NCBI GenBank assembly: GCA_027295505.1
Contig: JAPUKU010000084.1
Span: 5,926-69,925, forward strand
Direction: 5' to 3'
Source: Acidobacteriota bacterium
Lineage (GTDB): Bacteria; Acidobacteriota; Polarisedimenticolia; JAPUKU01
Length of the DNA: 64,000 bases
The notes beneath the pieces were generated by a model. The model was not told where the DNA came from. It did not search any database and was given only the letters and a program-made list of their open reading frames with translations. Every line of letters begins with the position of its first letter. Within the stretch, counting starts at the first letter, position 1. Shown piece after piece: positions 8,684 to 17,815 of this stretch. The position numbers and the translations under genes are program-made.

Positions 8684-10950
8684 CGCTTTTCAGCGATCCA
8701 GCGGGAGAAGGTGGAAGGGTCCAGGACGCGCAGGCCAAGCTTCATTCCGCCCGGCGAGTTCACCTGGTAGACGGGGGTGCAGCTCACCTCGAAGCTCTGT
8801 CCAGCGCGATCCAGTAGGGTGACGCTCACTTCCTGGATCTCCTCGGGGATGGCACGATCCAGCTCCACGGCCATGCCACCATCCCCCATATCCAGTAGCC
8901 TTCCCGTCTGGGTCTGGCCGTCGGCCCGGAACTCACAGTCGACCTGCAGCCCGTACCTGAGAGAGCGTCTCTGCATCGGCTTGTAGATGATGCGGGCTCT
9001 CGGCACCGAGGTGAGGATCTTCCAGAAAGACAGGAATGCTCCTGCCTCGGTTCGATCGTGGGCATGGGCCCAGGTCTCGGGGGAGCTGTACATCTGGCGC
9101 ACGATGCTGCGGTGCTGTTCTTCTGTGAGGTCCTTGAAGCGGATGCCGACCGAAGGCTTCTGGGCGCTTCGCCTGCGGTCATACCGCGTGAGATCGCCCC
9201 GCAGGCGGGTCTCCTCACCATCCCCCTTCAGCACCACCTCGACATTGGGGCTGAGGCTGTAGATCTTTTCCAGATCCAGCGACAGTCCTGTCTCGCTCAG
9301 GTCTCTTGTCTGGGTCTCGATCAGATCTCCGTCCCGTAGCTTCACCTCGCACGGAATCTGCCGCTCCACCCGAGGCGTGGTTCTGAGCTGAGGCGTCTCG
9401 TACGCCGCGAGGATCGAGGCGATGAGGATGATGAAGTTGTAGACGGTCCATGTCAGGTTGATGATCAGTGCCGCACTCACGCCTTGCACTGAGAACTCGT
9501 ACAGGCCCATCCAGATCCCCGCGGCCGTCAGGAGTCCGAGAACCAGCAGCCACCATGCAATGCCCAGATCAATCTTGGCGAAGGGAAGGGTCAATCCCTT
9601 CGGGGTGACGGCGAACTCCCTCTTGCGCGGCTTGAAGAGCACACCAAAGAAAGCCACCGTCAGAGGCAAACACATCACGGTCTCGTAGATGTCGGCCCAG
9701 AAAGTCTTTCGAAAGACCCGGGTGATGGCCGGCAGCACCGACACGAAGGCAACCATGTGTGGCAGGTAGTAGCTGATCAGCTCCAGGATCCCCGCCCTCA
9801 GCGGATACTGGTTGAACAGCAGGTAGGTCAGAGGTGCCAGCAGGAAGATCAGCCTGGGCAGCCCGTGGAGGAAATAGAAGATCGACGCGAAATAGCAGAT
9901 CCTCTGGCTCAGCGTCAGACCCCGTGCCCACAGCGGGTTGGCCCTGAGGAAGACCTGGAAGCATCCCCGCGCCCAGCGCTGGCGCTGGTGGAGATACGAG
10001 CTGAAGTCCTCCGGAGCCAGACCGGCCGCGAGGTCCTTGTTGACGTAGACGGAGCGGTACCCTCTTCCGTGCAGAGCGATGCTAGTGTGAATGTCCTCGG
10101 TAACCGTGTCGGTCAGAAACCCGCCGATCTCCTCGAGAGCACTGCGGCGCAGAACGGCGCCGCTGCCACAGTAGAAGCTCGCGTTCCAGCGATTTCGTCC
10201 CGCCTGCACGACGTGGAAGAACATGTCCTGCTCGTTGGAGGCAATCTCCTTGACCCGCAGGTTCTTCTGGAAGATGTCCGGGTTGTGGAAATGGTGGGCG
10301 GTCTGAACTAGAACAACCTTGGGGTCCTGGAAAAACCCAACGGTCTCTCCGAGGAAAGATCGGACGGGGATGTGATCGATATCGAACGTTAGAACGAGAT
10401 CACCGTTCGTCAACCCGAGGGCATGGTTCAAGTTCCCTGCTTTCGCGTCTTCGTTGCGGGGTCCCCGTATATACCGGCATCCCAGCTCCTCAGCGAGCTG
10501 GCGGACATCATCGCGCTGTCCGTCATCGCAGATGATCACTTCCTTGGACGGATAGTCAATGGCCTGGCAGGCAACGAGCGTGCGGTAGAGGATATCGAGC
10601 GGCTCGTTGTAAATCGTGACCATGATGTCGACCGAGGGAGAGTGGTCGGGATCGACAGGTGGCAGCGTGGATTCGCGAGGCGACAGGGTCTGGAAATAGA
10701 AAAGTACTGCTGCCAGGAATCCGTACGCCTCGGCGAGAAGCAGGCTCACGCTGATCACCATCCCCACGGTGCTCGTGGTGTTCAGCGTGAACAGAATTCT
10801 CCACCAGAAATACCTCGTGGACAGATAGACGCTGAGCCACACCGCGATCCAGCGGATGGCGATCGGTCGCAGGCTCAGACGCGCCAGGATGAAAACTCCG
10901 AGCGCCAGCCCGAAGTGAAGGTAGTCCCAGATGCCGAGTGAGAATTCCAT
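8680..10950 (-). CDS. Cellulose-synthase-like (BcsA-type) processive family-2 glycosyltransferase with C-terminal PilZ domain(s).
   Basis: It carries the multi-TM GT2 hallmarks: DDGQRDD, FDIDH (DxD), TVTEDIHTS (TED), FYCGSGAV and HQRQRWARG (QxxRW). PilZ motifs RTTPRVERQ plus DLSETGLSL are present, and a second PilZ-like segment reads RRSLRYGLQ...DMGDGGMAV. Its end overlaps the convergent 7550..8683 ORF by 4 nt. Confidence 0.8.
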   Translation of the reverse strand: MEFSLGIWDYLHFGLALGVFILARLSLRPIAIRWIAVWLSVYLSTRYFWWRILFTLNTTSTVGMVISVSLLLAEAYGFLAAVLFYFQTLSPRESTLPPVDPDHSPSVDIMVTIYNEPLDILYRTLVACQAIDYPSKEVIICDDGQRDDVRQLAEELGCRYIRGPRNEDAKAGNLNHALGLTNGDLVLTFDIDHIPVRSFLGETVGFFQDPKVVLVQTAHHFHNPDIFQKNLRVKEIASNEQDMFFHVVQAGRNRWNASFYCGSGAVLRRSALEEIGGFLTDTVTEDIHTSIALHGRGYRSVYVNKDLAAGLAPEDFSSYLHQRQRWARGCFQVFLRANPLWARGLTLSQRICYFASIFYFLHGLPRLIFLLAPLTYLLFNQYPLRAGILELISYYLPHMVAFVSVLPAITRVFRKTFWADIYETVMCLPLTVAFFGVLFKPRKREFAVTPKGLTLPFAKIDLGIAWWLLVLGLLTAAGIWMGLYEFSVQGVSAALIINLTWTVYNFIILIASILAAYETPQLRTTPRVERQIPCEVKLRDGDLIETQTRDLSETGLSLDLEKIYSLSPNVEVVLKGDGEETRLRGDLTRYDRRRSAQKPSVGIRFKDLTEEQHRSIVRQMYSSPETWAHAHDRTEAGAFLSFWKILTSVPRARIIYKPMQRRSLRYGLQVDCEFRADGQTQTGRLLDMGDGGMAVELDRAIPEEIQEVSVTLLDRAGQSFEVSCTPVYQVNSPGGMKLGLRVLDPSTFSRWIAEKR

Positions 10951-10953
10951 GAT

Positions 10954-12561
10954 CTAACGATTCCCAGTTCCGCGCGTCCGAGGCTGGGAGCCGCGGTGCG
11001 GGAAACGCGCAATGAGAGCCCCCGAGATGTAGTAGGCGTCGTAATCCTCGCCGGTGCCGCTCCTGTCCTGGGGCGAGGTCAAGTACATGGCGGAGCCGCG
11101 CAGCGAGAGGTAATCATTGAGGTCCCATTCCGTGTATCCCTGAATCTGTCCGCCCAGAAGATCCTCCTCGTTGGGGTGGAAAGCGATCTGCCCCTCCAGA
11201 GCAAAATGGTGCCTGCCCTCCCACGCATCCTCCCACCGGGCCCCCAGCGCATAGCTCTGGAAGTTAGAGGGATCCCAGTAGAGAGGCGAGGAATCATTCA
11301 CATTCTGGTAATAGAACGCCCCGTACAGATCAACGCGGGGTTTCGTCGGCAGGCGGTACGACAGCCGGCTGTAGCTCATGGTTCGCAGGTTGCCGTCCGA
11401 ATACTCACCCCGCGCCAGGTCGGCGTCCAGCGTGAGCCGGCCCGTGAAGCGCAGGAAGATGCCAGCGCGAACCTCGTCCACGTTGATCTCCTGGCGGGCA
11501 ACCTCGATCGACTTCGCCTGGTTGTATAGGTACTCCTCCAGGGGATCGGCACCGTCGATCAGGTCGTAGCGATCGAATCCCAGCCGGATCCGAACCCGAT
11601 CCCCGCCCGGGGCGAGCAGGCCGTGCACGAAGAAGGACGTCGTATCCGGCGCTTCCGTGTAGTTGTTTCTCGATATCCCGGCCGAGAGGGAGAACATCGG
11701 GCCGACCTGCAGGGTGCCCTGCAGGGGGAGCGTGGTGCGGTAGATCTGCTCACCGTTCGCCTGCTCGTAGCGGCTACGCACGAGCCCGGTTCGGATCGAG
11801 AGGCGTCGCCTCTTAAGGAGGTCCACCCTGGCGCCATACGTATCACGGTCAAAATTGGTCGAGTCCCGGAAGAAGCCCGGCCAGACCTTCAGCGTGACCA
11901 TGGTGCTCCGGCGAAGCTCGTTCAGGCCCCGGATCCCCCAGGGGTCTTTCCGGCGAGCCCTCAGGACGTTGTTGTAACGCTTCTCCGCGTCGTCCCACCT
12001 TCCGTCGCCGCGGTAGATCTCGGCAAGTCCGAGCTCGGCCTCGGGCGACGGCCCCGAGCGAAGGACCGATTTGTATTGCGCTTCCGCCTCGCGGCTCCAC
12101 CCGCTCCAGGCCCGCGTGTTCGCCAGGCCGACCTTCAGATCGACGTCGTTCGGGCGTTCCGCCAGGAGCTGCTCGTAGATCTCGCCCGCGACCTTCTGGT
12201 TCCCGCTCCAGCTCAGGACCTGCGCTTCGAGCTTCCTGGCCTGATAGACCGTCTCCGCATGGCGCGAATCCGACTGCACCCGCTGGCATTCCTGGCGTGC
12301 TTCCGCGTAGCGCCCTGCCCAGGCCAGATTGCGGGCCAGGTCAAGCCGCACCGATGAGTTTCCGGGTTCCCTCTCGAGCTGCTTCCGGACCTTCCGGATC
12401 GCCTTCTCCTGCGCGGATTCGCCCGCCTGCTCCCGGTCAGGATTGCCCGGGGTAGGCTCGCTGTTAGCTGCAGCAGCGTCTGCTCCAGCTGTGAGCAGGA
12501 TTATCAGAAGCCACACACCCGGGAGCTTAGCCATGGGACTCTCCGATTCCAAGCGTTGCAC
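10954..12561 (-). CDS. Outer-membrane exopolysaccharide export protein: N-terminal TPR-like repeats fused to a predicted beta-barrel (PgaA/NfrA/BcsC-like, but short).
   Basis: A signal peptide (KLPGVWLLIILLTAGADAAAA) is followed by TPR-like helices (ARNLAWAGRYAEARQECQRV...). The C-terminal half has alternating beta-strand character with aromatic girdle residues and a terminal F (...YYISGALIARF). It is 3 nt from the downstream GT2-PilZ gene and overlaps the upstream GT2 by 35 nt. Confidence 0.5.
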   Translation of the reverse strand: MQRLESESPMAKLPGVWLLIILLTAGADAAAANSEPTPGNPDREQAGESAQEKAIRKVRKQLEREPGNSSVRLDLARNLAWAGRYAEARQECQRVQSDSRHAETVYQARKLEAQVLSWSGNQKVAGEIYEQLLAERPNDVDLKVGLANTRAWSGWSREAEAQYKSVLRSGPSPEAELGLAEIYRGDGRWDDAEKRYNNVLRARRKDPWGIRGLNELRRSTMVTLKVWPGFFRDSTNFDRDTYGARVDLLKRRRLSIRTGLVRSRYEQANGEQIYRTTLPLQGTLQVGPMFSLSAGISRNNYTEAPDTTSFFVHGLLAPGGDRVRIRLGFDRYDLIDGADPLEEYLYNQAKSIEVARQEINVDEVRAGIFLRFTGRLTLDADLARGEYSDGNLRTMSYSRLSYRLPTKPRVDLYGAFYYQNVNDSSPLYWDPSNFQSYALGARWEDAWEGRHHFALEGQIAFHPNEEDLLGGQIQGYTEWDLNDYLSLRGSAMYLTSPQDRSGTGEDYDAYYISGALIARFPHRGSQPRTRGTGNR

Positions 12562-13696
12562 CGCAGATGAAACGCTTGTAGATCCAGGCAGCGAAAGTCA
12601 GCACGCGCATCATCACGTTGCTGAGACCGAACACAGGATACAGCAGCAACACCAAGTACTTGTAACCGCTGTTGATTTTCCTCTGGATGGTCACGAACGG
12701 GTACATCTCGAGTAACAGGTAGAGCATGTAGATCAGCCCGAGCTCGAGCCACAGACCGAGGTAGGCGATCATCGCCAGAGACCAGGCGCGGAACGGCTCG
12801 GTGAGAACCACGAACACGTTATAGGCCATCTCGTAGCGCAGGCGCCACGGCGAGCCGCGCTTGAAGATCAGTGTCAGGTACGAGAAGAACATGTGGTAGT
12901 GGGCGGGATACCAGGTGACCAAGCGCTGGCGCGCGAAGCCAGTCATGTCGTCCGGCACCACCGTCCACACCGGCTCATCGACGAACACCACGTTGCCGTC
13001 GTTCAAGAGCTCGATAATGGTGCGCTGGAGATCCTCCCCCTGGAAGACCCCCGTGTGCTTGTGGTGGAAGGCCTGCAGGCGCTCCTTCTTGAACAGGCCG
13101 ATGGCGCCGGAGATGCAGCTGATGCTGGCCCTGCCGTCTTGGAACCGCCGCCCGATCTCCATCGATTTGCAGTACTCGTAGCGTTGCATGCACGCAATCA
13201 GACCCGAGCCCCTTGGCCCGTGTCGATCGCGCCGATCCGGGATCACGTTGAAGGCCACAGCGTCGAAGGTGTCCAGAAGCGAGGTCGGTATGCGCGCGTT
13301 GCCGATGCGCGTGTCGTCATCGAGCAGCAGGACATACGGTGTTCGCACCCGATGGATGCCGAAGCTGATCGCTGAGACCTTACCCATGTTGGGGATGCGG
13401 TAAAAACGTACCTCCAGCTCCTCGAGAACCTTGGCCGTTTCATCCGTGGAGCCGTCATCAATGATCAGGATCTGGTCGCGAGGCAGCCCGGTGCGGATGA
13501 GATCCCCAACGGTCTCGCGAATCACATCCCGCCCGTTGTGGGTAGGGATGAGCGCTGTCACCTGGCTCAGGTCGCTGCTGAATGCGCGCTGGACAGGGAG
13601 GTTCCAGATCTCGATGAGCACCTTGATGGCATCAACAAGCAGGAAGAGGATGATGATCCAGAAATATGAAGACAGATCGACGCCGTGAAAGGTCAT
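12527..13696 (-). CDS. Membrane-embedded family-2 glycosyltransferase (NodC/HAS/chitin-synthase-like processive type with a divergent QxxRW motif).
   Basis: There is an N-terminal TM segment. Motifs present are DDGSTDET, LLLDDDTRI (DxD), FQGEDLQRT (GEDxxxT) and ARQRLVTW, a degenerate Q(R)xxRW. The C-terminus has TM helices. It is the first gene of the three-gene minus-strand operon. Confidence 0.65.
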   Translation of the reverse strand: MTFHGVDLSSYFWIIILFLLVDAIKVLIEIWNLPVQRAFSSDLSQVTALIPTHNGRDVIRETVGDLIRTGLPRDQILIIDDGSTDETAKVLEELEVRFYRIPNMGKVSAISFGIHRVRTPYVLLLDDDTRIGNARIPTSLLDTFDAVAFNVIPDRRDRHGPRGSGLIACMQRYEYCKSMEIGRRFQDGRASISCISGAIGLFKKERLQAFHHKHTGVFQGEDLQRTIIELLNDGNVVFVDEPVWTVVPDDMTGFARQRLVTWYPAHYHMFFSYLTLIFKRGSPWRLRYEMAYNVFVVLTEPFRAWSLAMIAYLGLWLELGLIYMLYLLLEMYPFVTIQRKINSGYKYLVLLLYPVFGLSNVMMRVLTFAAWIYKRFICGATLGIGESHG

Positions 13697-14038
13697 GCAT
13701 ATAAACCTTGGAGAAGTGTCAAGGAGTCATGGAACCGGGCTGCACTACTAGAGGCTTGTCGCCGTAGGGGCGCCAGACGCGCACCACGCTGACCGGCGAG
13801 CGGCATTGTATCCAGCCCATCTTCCGTTGGCAACCATGCCCCCATGACGTTGGATAAAGCCTGTGTTTGCACTCTGAATCACCCCCGGGGCCAGAGCCAC
13901 ACTCTTCACCCCGTAAATATCTTTGCTTTCAAACATATAGCTGGTTTTTGAGGAGGCAAGTCCACGCCCCCGCCCTTGACGCGGCCTGGCTGGATAGGTT
14001 AAGAGGCTCACTTTGGTCCCATCACGGGAGCTACTTAT

Positions 14039-15148
14039 ATGACAGCGGAACCGACCCTGGCCTGGGTGGCCCTCAACAGAGTCCGCGGCTTGACCCCGCG
14101 GCTGCGAGCCACCCTGCTCGACGCGTTCGGCGATCCTGAGGGGATTGCCCGTGCCGCCGGAACCGCCCTGCGATCGATCCCAGGCCTTCCCCCACGGGCC
14201 CTCTCCGACCTGGGGAGCATGGCGACCCCACGGAGCCTGCGCCTGGCACGCGAGGAGGTCGGCCGCGCCCACCGCCTGGGCGCAGCCGTTCTGACCTGCG
14301 CCCAGAGGGAGTATCCGGACCGCTTGCGCGAGGGGCTGGCGGACCCGCCCCCGGTTCTGTACGTCCAGGGAACCCTCCAGCTAGGCGACGATCCGGCCGT
14401 GGCCATCGTTGGCTCCCGCCGTTGCTCGGCGTACGGGGCTGAAGTAGCGCGGAGGTTGGCCTTTGACCTCGCTTCGCGGGGTTACACCGTGGTCTCTGGG
14501 CTGGCCCGCGGGATCGACACCGCCGCACACCGGGGAGCCCTAGAGGCGGGCGGCCGTACACTGGCGGTGCTGGGGTGCGGCATCGACTGGGTTTACCCGG
14601 CTGCAAATGCCGGCCTGACACGTGAAATCGCTTCCAGAGGGGCTCTGTTGAGTGAGTTTCCGCTGGGCAGCCGTCCACTGGCGTTCCACTTTCCGATCCG
14701 TAACCGGATCATCAGCGGCCTGAGCCGGGCGGTGATTGTTGTCGAGGCCGCGGAAGCAAGCGGCTCGCTCATCACGGCCCGCCTGGCCGCCGAGCAGGGA
14801 CGCGAGGTAGGAGCGGTTCCTGGGGCGGTCACTTCGCCATTGAGCGTGGGGGCGAACCTGCTGATCAAGGACGGTGCCTGCCTGGTGCGCGGCTGGCAGG
14901 ACGTCGAGGATCTTCTCCCGGACCACTGCAAGCACCATCCCGAGCCGTCCGAGGACACGGCCGCGGAGCTCGGTGAACGGGCGCGGTGCATCCTCGAGGC
15001 CCTGAGCCCAACTGCGCCCCGCCATATCGATGTGGTGGCTTCAGATCTGAGAGAGAGTGCCGGTAACCTACTGATAGATTTACTAGATCTGGAGCTAAAG
15101 CGACTCGTGGTCTCGCTTCCCGGCAAGCACTTCCTGAAGCAAGCCTGA
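14039..15148 (+). CDS. dprA: DNA processing protein A (DprA/Smf).
   Basis: IVGSRRCSAYGAEVARRLAFDLASRGYTVVSGLARGIDTAAHRGALEAGGRTLAVLGCGIDWVYPAAN is the classic DprA Rossmann core. Confidence 0.85.
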   Translation: MTAEPTLAWVALNRVRGLTPRLRATLLDAFGDPEGIARAAGTALRSIPGLPPRALSDLGSMATPRSLRLAREEVGRAHRLGAAVLTCAQREYPDRLREGLADPPPVLYVQGTLQLGDDPAVAIVGSRRCSAYGAEVARRLAFDLASRGYTVVSGLARGIDTAAHRGALEAGGRTLAVLGCGIDWVYPAANAGLTREIASRGALLSEFPLGSRPLAFHFPIRNRIISGLSRAVIVVEAAEASGSLITARLAAEQGREVGAVPGAVTSPLSVGANLLIKDGACLVRGWQDVEDLLPDHCKHHPEPSEDTAAELGERARCILEALSPTAPRHIDVVASDLRESAGNLLIDLLDLELKRLVVSLPGKHFLKQA

Positions 15149-15229
15149 GGGCCGGAGATGGGGGCTTTCTTGCAAAGCTGTGAGACGATACTAATATTAC
15201 CTGCATTCAGAGCACGGGAGATTTGAGAT

Positions 15230-17662
15230 TTGGGAAAGTCACTGGTCATCGTAGAGTCACCCGCCAAGGCCAGAACTATTAACAAGTTCCTTGGCTCCAA
15301 GTACGTGGTTCGGGCCTCGATGGGGCACATCCGCGACCTGCCCAAGAGCAAGCTTGGAGTCGACGAGAAGAACAACTTCAAACCGACCTACGAGATTCTT
15401 CCCAACCGCAAGAAAGTCATCAGCGAGCTCAAGAAGCTCGCCGAGAATGCCTCCTGCATCTATGTGGCCACCGACCCCGACCGTGAGGGGGAGGCAATCG
15501 GCTGGCATCTGGCCCAGATGCTGAAGAAGAACGGCGGCCGCCTCCGGCGCGTGCTCCTGCAGGAGATTACGCGCAAGGCGGTCACGGAGGCTTTCAAGAA
15601 TTCGTCCAAGATCAACCTCGACAAGGTCAACGCCCAGCAGGCTCGCCGCATCCTGGATCGGCTCGTGGGATACAAGATTTCACCTCTTCTCTGGGAGAAG
15701 GTGCGCCGTGGTCTCAGCGCTGGGCGCGTGCAGTCGGTTGCGCTGCGCGTCATCTGCGAGCGCGAGCGGGCGGTGCAGGCCTTCAAGCCTGAGGAATACT
15801 GGTCGATCAGCGTCAGGCTGCACGCCGACAAACCACCCGCCTTCGACGCCCGGGTGACACAAAAGGGCGTCAAGAAGTTCGTGCCGCACACGGCCGAGGA
15901 ATCGCAGACTGTTCTGCGCGACCTTGAAGGTGCCCCGTTCAACGTTCAGAAAGTCACCAAGCGTGAGAAAAAGCGCAACCCTCTTCCCCCGTTCATCACC
16001 TCGACGTTACAGCAGGAAGCTTCCAAGAAGCTCGGCTTCACCGTTCGTAAGACGATGATGGTCGCCCAGCGTCTGTACGAAGGTCTCGACCTCGGCGAGC
16101 AGGGCACCGTGGGCCTCATCACCTATATGCGTACCGATTCCACGCGCATCTCGGATGAGGCGATGGCGGCGGTGCGCGACCACATCAGCAACAGGCACGG
16201 CCAGATCTACCTGCCCTCCAAGCCAAACACGTACGCCAGGCGCAAGGCGTCGCAGGAAGCTCACGAGGCGATCAGACCGTCCTCGATGGAGCTGACGCCC
16301 GAGAGCATTCGCAAGCACCTGGGTGCGGACGGGGAAAAGCTCTACCAACTCATCTGGAGCCGTTTCGTGGCTTCACAGATGACCCCGGCGCGCTTCGACA
16401 CTACCACCGTGGATATCAGCGCGGGGGACTACCTGTTCCGCGCCTCGGGGCTGGTAATGCGCTTCGCCGGCTTTCTCGACGTGTACCGGGATCCGGAGCC
16501 GGCACCCTCCTCCCAGGAAGAGGAACAGGAGGACAGCTCGAATAGGTCGCTGCCGCATCTGAAGGAAGGCCAGTCTCTGCGCCAGGAGAGCATCACCCCC
16601 AAGCAGCACTTCACCCAGCCGCCCCCGCGCTTCAACGAGGCGATGCTGGTCAAAGAGCTGGAAGAGAATGGAATCGGACGGCCCAGCACCTACGCCACCA
16701 TCATCGCCACCCTCCAGAACCGGGAGTACACCGTCAGGGAGAAGAAGCGCTTCGTTCCCACCGAGCTCGGCTTCCTCGTGAACGATCTCCTCGTCGAGAA
16801 TTTCAACGACATCATGGACCTGGCCTACACGGCACGCATGGAGGAGGGACTCGACAAGATCGAGCAGGGTAAGCTCGACTGGATCAAGGCCCTCGACAAG
16901 TTCAACAAGGCATTCAACAAGGATCTCAAGCGCGCCTCGAAGCAGATGCGCAATGTCAAGACCGAGGAGACTCCCACTGACCAGACCTGTCAGAAATGCA
17001 GCAAGCCAATGATCATAAAGTGGGGACGCTACGGCAAGTTCATGGCGTGCTCCGGATATCCTGAGTGCCGCAATACGCAGGAAGTCGGCGCCGATGGAAA
17101 CGGTTTCGAGGATCTCAAGGAGGACTGCGAGCGCTGCGGAAAGTCGATGGTCGTACGCAAAGGACGCTATGGGCCATTCCTCGCCTGCTCGGGTTACCCG
17201 AACTGCCGCAATACGCGGCGTATCCATATCGACAAGGACGGCAACGTCGAGTCGCACAAGGAGCAGCTGCTGGACGAGAAATGCCCCAAGTGCAGCTCAC
17301 AGCTCGCCATCAAGCATGGGCGATTCGGCCCCTTTACGGCCTGCAGCCGTTACCCCGATTGCCGCTTCATCAAGCTCAAGGAGGTCGGCGTGGCCTGCCC
17401 GCGCCCCGGCTGCGGCGGGCAGATTGTTGAGCGCAAATCCCGTCGCGGAAAGACCTTTTTCGGCTGCAACAAGTATCCGGACTGCGACCAGGTATGGTGG
17501 AATCGGCCTGTGTCCGAGGCCTGCCCCCAGTGCAAGCACCCATTCGTGCTGGAGAAGTTCACCAAGCGCCACGGAGTCACACGCCACTGCCCGGCCGAGA
17601 ACTGTGACTTCACCCAACAGGTTGAAGCTCCGAAGACCGAAGAGGTCACCGTCGGCCAGTGA
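15230..17662 (+). CDS. topA: DNA topoisomerase I with five C-terminal C4 zinc-ribbon repeats (TTG start).
   Basis: The Toprim N-terminus reads (M)GKSLVIVESPAKARTINKFLG. The topoisomerase IA core includes LITYMRTDSTRIS. The C-terminus repeats CxxC...CSGYPxCRNT five times. Confidence 0.95.
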   Translation: MGKSLVIVESPAKARTINKFLGSKYVVRASMGHIRDLPKSKLGVDEKNNFKPTYEILPNRKKVISELKKLAENASCIYVATDPDREGEAIGWHLAQMLKKNGGRLRRVLLQEITRKAVTEAFKNSSKINLDKVNAQQARRILDRLVGYKISPLLWEKVRRGLSAGRVQSVALRVICERERAVQAFKPEEYWSISVRLHADKPPAFDARVTQKGVKKFVPHTAEESQTVLRDLEGAPFNVQKVTKREKKRNPLPPFITSTLQQEASKKLGFTVRKTMMVAQRLYEGLDLGEQGTVGLITYMRTDSTRISDEAMAAVRDHISNRHGQIYLPSKPNTYARRKASQEAHEAIRPSSMELTPESIRKHLGADGEKLYQLIWSRFVASQMTPARFDTTTVDISAGDYLFRASGLVMRFAGFLDVYRDPEPAPSSQEEEQEDSSNRSLPHLKEGQSLRQESITPKQHFTQPPPRFNEAMLVKELEENGIGRPSTYATIIATLQNREYTVREKKRFVPTELGFLVNDLLVENFNDIMDLAYTARMEEGLDKIEQGKLDWIKALDKFNKAFNKDLKRASKQMRNVKTEETPTDQTCQKCSKPMIIKWGRYGKFMACSGYPECRNTQEVGADGNGFEDLKEDCERCGKSMVVRKGRYGPFLACSGYPNCRNTRRIHIDKDGNVESHKEQLLDEKCPKCSSQLAIKHGRFGPFTACSRYPDCRFIKLKEVGVACPRPGCGGQIVERKSRRGKTFFGCNKYPDCDQVWWNRPVSEACPQCKHPFVLEKFTKRHGVTRHCPAENCDFTQQVEAPKTEEVTVGQ

Positions 17663-17815
17663 GGGCCGGCTTCCCCACCACCCAGATCGCCGGCAGTACC
17701 CGCCATGGGACGGCGTTGATTCGTCGGCCGGAGTCATGGCCCAGCTCGTGGCCCCTGAACTCCGTGGTATACTCGCAAGTCCTTTTGAGACTGTCTTTTA
17801 AGCACTTTTGGGTGC

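Noticed and set aside
13748-14272. 174-aa minus-strand ORF overlapping the dprA start.
   Set aside because: Its Gly/Arg-rich translation has no motif. It overlaps a well-supported DprA gene and the divergent promoter region, so it is most likely spurious.
16373-17257. 294-aa minus-strand ORF inside topA.
   Set aside because: It is antisense to a strongly supported topoisomerase I gene. Its translation (LVDMDTPRIAAVRV...) has no recognisable domain, which is typical of a GC-rich antisense frame.
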